A DNA stretch of 56,288 nt from a virus (taxonomy: Duplodnaviria > Caudoviricetes). The DNA lies in the IMG/VR virus record IMGVR_UViG_3300032893_000058, positions 1 through 56,288 of that record; one strand, 5' to 3'. The notes under the pieces are model-generated. The model did no database searches and was not told the DNA's origin. It worked only from the letters and a program-made list of their open reading frames with translations. Shown here piece by piece: positions 1 to 6,610 of this stretch (positions are counted from its first letter, which is position 1; every line of letters starts with the position of its first letter). The position numbers were made by a program, and so were the translations under genes.

Positions 1-127
1 CTGTGTGCCTGCCGATGCCTGGGCCGTACAGCCCGTGCCGCCTTCCTGTGCGCTCGTTAGCGCCCCTGTGCTCGTGTTGACGAAAATACAATAAGAGCCG
101 TTGGAACCTGAACTTGACGCCGTCAAC
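1..127. repeat. Terminal direct overlap (copy 1), identical to 56162-56288; circular-assembly overlap
   Basis: ctgtgtgcctgccgatgcc...gacgccgtcaac is present at both ends. It lies inside a continuous ORF, and 127 matches a common assembler k-mer length. Confidence 0.95.
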
Positions 128-2058
128 CCACTAATCGTGCCGCCGGCAACCGTCACAGTATTGCCGGCAACGTTGATATGGCCGGACGAAAAATTGATCG
201 CATTCAACGCCACAGTCACGTACACCGTGCCGCCACTGCCCGTACTATCAGTAATAGCAACTTGCGGCAGCGTGGTGTATGTTCCACCTGAAGCCGAACA
301 AGCCGTAATGGCATTGCCGCTTACGGTCAGGCCGACCGAACCACCGCCCGAACCGCCAAGATAATTATTGGCAGCTTGCAATGTCGCGGTCGGCGACCCG
401 CTATAACTGCCGCCCCCGGTGTTGACCGTGCAGCCCGATAACGCAACGGGTGTAACCGTGGCCACTAAGCCATCGATGATACTGGCCGTCCCAAAGAAGT
501 TCGAATCTGGTGTCGATGCCGGCACCACCGGCATTTGAGACACTGCGATTATGCCCGAAATGTCGCCGAATGCGGGCTGGCTTTGCGTGAATAACCCCGT
601 CGTCGACGTGTAGCTGTCCAAAAACTGATGCGACACTTTGGCCAGCGTAGCCGGGGGCGGGCCGCCGCTATCAGCCAGCAGCGAACCCAACGTGTTGTTC
701 CATGTCGCAATATGACCGGAAGTCGAACTTCCAGGCCCGGTGACGCCGAAGCTTGAACTTACGGAAACGGTGTTAACTGGGGGCGAACCAACCGGCCCGC
801 AGACAAGGCCCACGCCGCAAATGATGTCGCCGATCATGCCACCGAACGAGACGACGCCACCCGCGCCGCTCGAATTCGGCAATGCTTTGACGATGTAATT
901 AATCGTGATGGTTGGCTGAATGACGCCAAAATTGGCGCTAACCACGGGCGTGCCTGACCCGCCAGACGCCGCCGTACCGGTGACCGCGCTCGATGAAGCC
1001 GAAATACTTAATACACCTGGCCCAATTACAGCATTAAAACTACCACCATTGGCAACAAAAGCGGAGCTACCGCCCGCATTAAGCGGCGCATTTGCGTAAG
1101 TAATTGTCTGCGGCGCTGCCGTGCCTACTACCGTAAAATTGACGTTTGGCAAGTTGGCCTGCGCCAGCGTGGTAGTGGCAGCATCACTCTGATTGCCGCC
1201 AGCAATGGCCGGCGCTGCGGCGCTCGCGCCATAATAAGTGCTCGTCAGACGATTGGCCGCCGTGCCGCCCATTGCGTCGGCACCGGCAAACGTCCGGCCG
1301 CGCAAATCAGGTAAATTGAAAGTCGACACGCCGTTGCCATTACCCCACGGAAATACGGTAGCCGTAACCGTAGCGGTCAATGTTGCCGCCGCCGACACTG
1401 TCACCGAATTGGCGGACGGAATCGTCGCAATCGTCGTGCCGGGCGACAGGCAAGTCGCTTCAATTGGTTCACCGACCGCCATCTGCGACGTGTCAATAAA
1501 GCCGTTCAACGTGGTTGAAGACGACGTACACGAAATTCCGGTGCTGGCAATCGTGATGGCGGCCAATAATTGCGCGTAGGTCGTGCGCGACACCGGTTGC
1601 CCAGCCGCAATGAGCCAATTAGTCGGCACTGCAAATCCGGCCCACGGCATTACGGTGCCCAACGGCGCGGTATCGGTGCCGGTGGCGCCGGACGGGGCCG
1701 ATGCACCATACGCGGTGGTGATCGCGCTCCATTGTTGAACGCCGTTCGAATCCTTAACGGTCTGTTGGTAATTACCTTGGCCGTAGATGACGGCGCGGCC
1801 GGCGGCGTCCAGGACCACGGGGTCGGTATTCGGCGTCGTCTCACCGGAATCCTGCCACGTCGTCTTCGGCGTGTTGGTATTCGGAACGGTCAACGTCACT
1901 GTGCCGTTCGACAGCGGGGCGCCGTTCTGGTCGACGAACGTTTGCTTGGCATTCGGCAACAGCGCCGCGGTCTGCGCCCATGACGGCATGACGCCAAGGA
2001 TCAGCGACCAGCCAATTAGCCAAGTCGCGGTATTTAAGCGGTTCAACCAGGTTTTCAT
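1..2058 (-). CDS. Long tail fibre, 5' part (continues across the origin into 56161->53555; total about 1554 aa); N-terminal signal peptide, virion-attachment domain, tail-collar domain
   Basis: Not in the ORF track because it runs off the edge. My translation from ATG 2058 (ATGA overlap with the upstream stop) reads MKTWLNRLNTATWLIGWSLILGVMPSWA-QTAALLPNAKQTFVDQNGAPL...DPVVLDAAGRAVIYG. It has collar motifs GTVMPWAG/VSRTTYAQL/TFNLPDLRGR/QPTITINYIVK, no stop down to base 1, and is in frame with ORF 53555..56287. Confidence 0.9.
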   Translation of the reverse strand, partial: MKTWLNRLNTATWLIGWSLILGVMPSWAQTAALLPNAKQTFVDQNGAPLSNGTVTLTVPNTNTPKTTWQDSGETTPNTDPVVLDAAGRAVIYGQGNYQQTVKDSNGVQQWSAITTAYGASAPSGATGTDTAPLGTVMPWAGFAVPTNWLIAAGQPVSRTTYAQLLAAITIASTGISCTSSSTTLNGFIDTSQMAVGEPIEATCLSPGTTIATIPSANSVTVSAAATLTATVTATVFPWGNGNGVSTFNLPDLRGRTFAGADAMGGTAANRLTSTYYGASAAAPAIAGGNQSDAATTTLAQANLPNVNFTVVGTAAPQTITYANAPLNAGGSSAFVANGGSFNAVIGPGVLSISASSSAVTGTAASGGSGTPVVSANFGVIQPTITINYIVKALPNSSGAGGVVSFGGMIGDIICGVGLVCGPVGSPPVNTVSVSSSFGVTGPGSSTSGHIATWNNTLGSLLADSGGPPPATLAKVSHQFLDSYTSTTGLFTQSQPAFGDISGIIAVSQMPVVPASTPDSNFFGTASIIDGLVATVTPVALSGCTVNTGGGSYSGSPTATLQAANNYLGGSGGGSVGLTVSGNAITACSASGGTYTTLPQVAITDSTGSGGTVYVTVALNAINFSSGHINVAGNTVTVAGGTISGLTASSSGSNGSYCIFVNTSTGALTSAQEGGTGCTAQASAGTQ

Positions 2059-2471
2059 TGGTAGCTCACCGTGATGTCGCTGGCTGCGGTCGCCGTCACG
2101 ATGGTCAGCCCGGTCGTGAATGCAACATCATAAAACATCGTGACCGGTTGCGGTGACGCCGGCACTGTGATCGTGGCAATCTTGGTGCCCGACCCCGCGG
2201 TGTTGTCATAAACCGTCACCACCGTGGTCGCGACCGGCGTATTGAACGAAAGGGAATGCAGGATACCGGCCCCGGTCTTCAGCGTCGTCGTGGTGTCGGT
2301 CGTGATGTTGCCGTATTTAAATATATGAGCAACCACCAGCGGGTTGGTCTGTGAATACGGCTGCCACTTCGGATAACCGGTGCCGGGGAAGACCGGCTCT
2401 GCGGCGAAGGCTGCGACGCCGAACCAGGCGAGGACTGCGGCGACGAGCGACGTTCTGATCAGACTGAGCAT
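2055..2471 (-). CDS. Small beta-rich virion/appendage protein with signal peptide
   Basis: MLSLIRTSLVAAVLAWFGVAAFA-AE signal peptide; Thr-rich beta domain (KTGAGILHS...YDNTAGSGT...YDVAFTTGL) like small phage structural proteins; GGAGGG RBS. Confidence 0.75.
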   Translation of the reverse strand: MLSLIRTSLVAAVLAWFGVAAFAAEPVFPGTGYPKWQPYSQTNPLVVAHIFKYGNITTDTTTTLKTGAGILHSLSFNTPVATTVVTVYDNTAGSGTKIATITVPASPQPVTMFYDVAFTTGLTIVTATAASDITVSYQ

Positions 2472-2485
2472 CTTGCCCCTCCGGT

Positions 2486-2520
2486 GGAAGGAAGCGCGGG
2501 CGTTGTTCAGGCGCCCGCGC
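2486..2520 (-). terminator. Possible weak intrinsic terminator or processing hairpin
   Basis: 9-bp stem GCGCGGGCG/CGCCCGCGC (2494-2520), followed on the - strand by TTCCTTCC. Confidence 0.35.
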
Positions 2521-2555
2521 CAAGTCTAGGGAGGTTCACTTCACGCGCACTAAAT

Positions 2556-3893
2556 TCAGAGGCCAGTCCAGGCGTTGATAATGCCGGAACCAGCGTCGTC
2601 CATCAGCAAGGTCGCGGAACCCGCGGCCGGGAAGCCGGCAGACGACGTGCAATCGATCGGAACGCGGACGTTGGTGGCCGCGAAGCCGGATTGCAGCGTC
2701 GACGTGCGGGTCACGGTGCACGCGGTCTGCGCCGAGCACGCCGTAGTCGAGCACGACCCAAAGCCGGACGTGTACGACATGGTCGGGGTCTTGTACATCG
2801 GCACCGGGAACTGCAGGATGCAGGTTTCGAGCGAAGTGGTTGAGGACGTGCACGGCGCATGAACCGCACCGACCGCGCCTTCAACGATGCGATAAAAATA
2901 CTGCAGCGCATCCCTGTTTTCATCAGCCTTGGCCCGCACTTCAAACAGTGACGCGCCGGGGGCCTTTTCCAACTGGGCGCCGGTCCAGGCAAAACCGTCA
3001 GTCGCGCCGGAACCAGTCGCAGTCGGAGTGAAGCACAACATGACGCCGATTTCGGTCGCGGTCGACGGAATGGTCGCCGTGGTCGAATAACGCGCAAACG
3101 TGGTCGACAGGTTGATCGTCGTGTTGACCAGCGTCGCGATGCCGGTCCAGGCCGGCGTGATCGCAGGCGACGCCGTCCACGACTGCGTCAGACCTTCGTC
3201 GGTGCCGGTGCCAGTGATGATCACCAGGTTGGCCGTGCCGCCGTTGTCCGCGGCCAGACCCGCCAGCGCCGCCACGTAGGCCGACAGCGTGACCTGCTGG
3301 CCGGCAAGCATCGCCGACTGGGTCGCCGGCACCGCCTGCATCACGCACACCGGCTGGGTCAGCGCGCCGGAATTACGCCACACCTTCATCGCATTGGTAA
3401 AGCCGGTCGGCGGCGTCGGCGACGACGTCACGATGGCAGTGCGCCCGACGCCGGACCCAACGTTGGCGTCACAGCCCCAGCGATCCGCACTGAGCGCCGC
3501 GACGGTCATCGCCGACGTAGTGGCACAGGTCACGGTCGACGTGCCGTTGGTATTGGTGATATTGAGCGCGCCGTTACCGAGGAAATTGCGCGGCGTGCCC
3601 CAGGTCGAGCCGGCGGCCTGAGACAACGGCACCAGCACCGTTTGCGGGCCGCCCCCGGTGGTGCGGGTATCGGCCGGCACCTGTTCGAGGCCAGTCATCG
3701 GCGGGCCGGCAGGCACGGTGTTCGTGCACTGTTGCGGCGTACCGGGGCCGCCCGGCTGGTTGAATGACGAGCAATACGACGCGCCGCCGACGATGGGGAA
3801 GTTCGGCCACAATCCGGCCGCGTGAACGGCGAGCGGCACCAGCAACGCAGCAACGGCCGCCCCCGCGATAACCTTAACGTAGTTCCTATTCAT
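2556..3893 (-). CDS. Tail-fibre-type carbohydrate-binding-like protein with signal peptide, 12 Cys
   Basis: Signal peptide ...LLVPLAVHA-AG. The motifs RNFLGNG...ADRW and GAQLE...FEVR...LQYFY match the common phage tail-fibre pattern N.IING...ADRW...GVQLE.G...FE.R...CQRYY. Confidence 0.8.
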   Translation of the reverse strand: MNRNYVKVIAGAAVAALLVPLAVHAAGLWPNFPIVGGASYCSSFNQPGGPGTPQQCTNTVPAGPPMTGLEQVPADTRTTGGGPQTVLVPLSQAAGSTWGTPRNFLGNGALNITNTNGTSTVTCATTSAMTVAALSADRWGCDANVGSGVGRTAIVTSSPTPPTGFTNAMKVWRNSGALTQPVCVMQAVPATQSAMLAGQQVTLSAYVAALAGLAADNGGTANLVIITGTGTDEGLTQSWTASPAITPAWTGIATLVNTTINLSTTFARYSTTATIPSTATEIGVMLCFTPTATGSGATDGFAWTGAQLEKAPGASLFEVRAKADENRDALQYFYRIVEGAVGAVHAPCTSSTTSLETCILQFPVPMYKTPTMSYTSGFGSCSTTACSAQTACTVTRTSTLQSGFAATNVRVPIDCTSSAGFPAAGSATLLMDDAGSGIINAWTGL

Positions 3894-3923
3894 AGTCAGT
3901 CTCCCTTGCGAAAGCGCGCCGCG

Positions 3924-4217
3924 TCACTTGCCGGCCGGCGCTCCGGTTGCCGGCGCTTCATTCTTGGCCTGCGCCGCGGCCAACTGTCGTCGCAGATCGG
4001 CGATAACGCCCGCCGCCGCGAGATTCTGTTGCGAACACTGCGTGTTGTTGACGATGAGCGCACCCAGCGTGGCTTCGAGGCTCTTCTGCGTCGCCTGGGC
4101 AATATCAACCTGCGGCTGTGCCTGAACCTGTGCTGCCTCAGCCGGCGGCAAAGTGTCCGCCGCCATCGCGACCGAACTGAAGGCCAGCATCATCGCAACC
4201 AAAACTGATACACGCAT
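3924..4217 (-). CDS. Secreted coiled-coil protein (97 aa)
   Basis: True start is ATG 4217 after AGGAGAG; MRVSVLVAMMLAFSSVAMA-AD signal peptide; Gln/Ala-rich helix. Confidence 0.75.
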   Translation of the reverse strand: MRVSVLVAMMLAFSSVAMAADTLPPAEAAQVQAQPQVDIAQATQKSLEATLGALIVNNTQCSQQNLAAAGVIADLRRQLAAAQAKNEAPATGAPAGK

Positions 4218-4231
4218 CGTTCTCTCCTGGT

Positions 4232-4693
4232 TTAAACAAACTCGACTTCGATCTTGTGTGGAATCGGCTGGCCGTTCGGCCCGGAATGTTCGACCTGCTG
4301 CTTGCGGTACTTGTTGCGCCGACCGCCGAGGATCATCTGCATCAGCGCGTCGCTGTATTCCTGAACATGACCAACGCACTCACCGCCTTGATAGACTGGC
4401 TTCGACACGCCGTCGACGGCACGGCGCCGCGCCTCGTCCTCGATCACGTCGGTGCCGCGCTCGATGGCCTGCTCGACCCGCGCATTAAAATTCTGGTCCT
4501 TCCGCCATTCAAGCAGCGTCTGGCGCGAAATGTTGGCCTTGTCCGCCGCATAACCGACCGTGTAGCCTTTTTCGAGCCACGACACCACGCAGTCTTCGGC
4601 TTCCCGGCTGCGCTTGTGTTGAAACGGATTGCCGTTCGACTTGTCGCCGGTCGCCGGCATCTGAGGCTTGCGCGGAGGGCGGGGCTTCTTCAT
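4232..4693 (-). CDS. terS: Terminase small subunit (putative)
   Basis: HTH (AADKANISRQTLLEWRK) followed by IEDEARRRAVDG...YSDALM...KYR and a C-terminal VEHSGPNG.PI, typical of this TerS family. Confidence 0.7.
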   Translation of the reverse strand: MKKPRPPRKPQMPATGDKSNGNPFQHKRSREAEDCVVSWLEKGYTVGYAADKANISRQTLLEWRKDQNFNARVEQAIERGTDVIEDEARRRAVDGVSKPVYQGGECVGHVQEYSDALMQMILGGRRNKYRKQQVEHSGPNGQPIPHKIEVEFV

Positions 4694-5097
4694 GCCGGCA
4701 ATCCCAGGCTGGCATCGATCACCATCGCCGTAAACAGCGTGGCGCGCGTCTCGTTGTCCATCGGCCGCAGCACGCCGGGGTCGTCGGCCCGCAGCATGAC
4801 GAAGCCGTCATCGTCCTCACGCTTCAATAACCGGTTGACGAGAGACTGCGGCAAGCGCACCGGCTGATTACCACGATGGACGACGCGCACCACGCCTGAA
4901 GTCTGTCGGATCGGGTCGATGCCGCGGCCATCATCGGCAACCAGCAGCGTGCGAGCCAGCAGCGGGCGCTCGATCACCCGGTCACGCCGCGTGTAGCGCG
5001 TCAACAACAGGAGCACGTCAAACGAGCGTGCCGCCAGGCTGCGCCTGACGCGCTCTTCACACTGGGGTGCGGTACGGACGATGAAGAACGACGGCAT
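4690..5097 (-). CDS. NusG/RfaH-like antitermination factor (NGN domain only)
   Basis: FFIVRTAPQCEERVRRSL...ERPLLARTLLV...IRQTSGVVRVV...PVRLPQSLVNRL is an NGN pattern; start ATG 5097 after GAGGGG; first gene of the late arm; no KOW domain. Confidence 0.7.
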   Translation of the reverse strand: MPSFFIVRTAPQCEERVRRSLAARSFDVLLLLTRYTRRDRVIERPLLARTLLVADDGRGIDPIRQTSGVVRVVHRGNQPVRLPQSLVNRLLKREDDDGFVMLRADDPGVLRPMDNETRATLFTAMVIDASLGLPA

Positions 5098-5177
5098 CCA
5101 ACCCCTCAACCTAAAGTCGAGCCGTGCGGCCGGTATTTCGATTGACGCGCCGGCCCGCGACGATTGTTTCGAACCGC

Positions 5178-5208
5178 CCCATATCACGCCGCGGGGGGTT
5201 TCGTCAAG
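5178..5208 (-). promoter_or_regulatory. Putative leftward (late-arm) promoter
   Basis: CTTGACG-N18-TATGGG with TG upstream of the -10, about 80 bp before the NusG-like gene. Confidence 0.4.
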
Positions 5209-5264
5209 TTCCCGGAACCGAGGCGGCGAGGCCATGAATGTGGAGTGCGGTGAGACGGGCCTAC

Positions 5265-5511
5265 GTCCGACCTGTCGACCCGTTGATGAAAAGTCGGACG
5301 CTCTCGAGCCCCGTCCGACGCGGGTCTGTCCTACCTGTCTTATATGTAACTACTTTTTCTTCTTCTTCGGAAAGAAAAAAGGGAAGATCGCCGCGACGCC
5401 GCCCCTCCCGCGTACGCGCGCGACCCCGCCAAGTAAGACAGGTCGGACACAGGCCCGTCCCGCGGGCCTCGAGTGAGGCTGGCTTGTCTTCGAGAAGTGG
5501 ACAGGTCGGAC
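5265..5511. repeat. Large imperfect inverted repeat with four 12-bp iterons; candidate replication origin or packaging site
   Basis: GTCCGACCTGTC 5265, GTCCTACCTGTC 5328, inverse GACAGGTCGGAC 5437 and 5500, CTCGAG 5303 and 5468. All are symmetric about base 5388, in the non-coding divergence region. Confidence 0.8.
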
Positions 5512-5659
5512 TTTCGACTTGTGTCCGGGGTTCGGCTGTGTTAGCCTTACCCCCTTCGCCAAGGGGCGCGAAACCTGACCGGTCCTGGTCACAGGTTTCG
5601 CGGAGCAGTCCCCTTGGCTACTGGGCGTGACCAAAGCACATCGCTGGCCGCGACACAAG

Positions 5660-6193
5660 ATGAAAAGTGGTGAGCACCGCATGTATTTACCCCCGTCTCG
5701 CATCGACGCTCGTCGGCTTCGTTCGCCAACTTATCGTGGCATGTTATGTCCTGGTCATGGGCGAGAACGCTACACTCGTAATGGTAAGTGTGTTGTCTGC
5801 TGGGATAAAAAAGTAAGAGACGCCGACCAGCGAATATCTCGTTGCGCTTCAGTAAGCGCCAATAATGCTAAACGTAACGCTCAACCTGGCGCTTATGCGC
5901 AACGAGATATTAAACTTTTATTTGAAAAACAACGTGGCCGATGTTTGTGCGGTGTTGGTTTAAAGACCGGCTATCACGTGGACCACATCATGCCGCTTAG
6001 TCGGGGCGGCACACATTGGCCTCATAATTTACAATTGTTGTGTGAGGCGTGTAACACCAGTAAAGGCAGTAAGACAATGAAAGAGTGGAGGCCAGATTTG
6101 ACACGTGATTTAACGCCGGATGAGATCAATCCTATGCCTCCTGAAGTCGTGACTGTTGTCGTTTCAGTACGGCAAAAAGGAGCTTCTCTATGA
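5660..6193 (+). CDS. HNH endonuclease
   Basis: CLCG...HVDHIMPLSRGGTHWPHNLQLLCEACNTSKG; lower GC than the flanks; start uncertain (5627/5660/5681). Confidence 0.85.
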   Translation: MKSGEHRMYLPPSRIDARRLRSPTYRGMLCPGHGRERYTRNGKCVVCWDKKVRDADQRISRCASVSANNAKRNAQPGAYAQRDIKLLFEKQRGRCLCGVGLKTGYHVDHIMPLSRGGTHWPHNLQLLCEACNTSKGSKTMKEWRPDLTRDLTPDEINPMPPEVVTVVVSVRQKGASL

Positions 6194-6371
6194 CTTCGTT
6201 TCTTCTCGTTCTCATTATCATCGAACTCGGTATTGCTGCCTTCGTCGAGCTTATTGCTGCCGCGCCCGAATTGCCATGGCACGACTGACATGACCCTGGC
6301 CCATCACCACTGTTCTCAAGATTCCCGTGTCGCGCCGGTTCTGGCGCCGTTGACGTTCCTCGCGTTTCCTA

Positions 6372-6401
6372 CTTGACGCCCCGTCCCAGTTGCGTTACGC
6401 T
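6372..6401 (+). promoter_or_regulatory. Sigma70-type promoter upstream of primase operon
   Basis: CTTGACG-N17-TACGCT, followed by AGGGAGG RBS. Confidence 0.5.
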
Positions 6402-6436
6402 TGCGTCCTTGGTCTTTCAAATAGGGAGGGTTTTTC

Positions 6437-6610
6437 GTGCGCTATTCTTTCCGCAATACCGGCGGCACGCTGGTGACCGTTGTGGCTGACGACGAGAATC
6501 GTGCCCGCTTCCTCGCGATGGTCAAGCTGCACGGGCCGGTCCCGCCGCCCGTGCTTGGTATCATTCGCTGGACCGGCACCGGCCTCGACCTGATCGCCGC
6601 TGATGCCTAA
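6437..6610 (+). CDS. Small hypothetical protein (57 aa)
   Basis: GTG after a strong RBS; below the ORF-track cut-off; overlaps the primase start. Confidence 0.5.
   Translation: MRYSFRNTGGTLVTVVADDENRARFLAMVKLHGPVPPPVLGIIRWTGTGLDLIAADA

Noticed and set aside
1-127. 127-bp terminal repeat as a biological direct terminal repeat
   Set aside because: It falls inside the tail-fibre ORF and matches a typical assembler k-mer overlap; it only indicates circular or permuted assembly.
5265-5511. CRISPR-like mini-array
   Set aside because: The repeats are only 12 bp and arranged as an inverted dyad rather than a direct repeat-spacer array; no cas genes.
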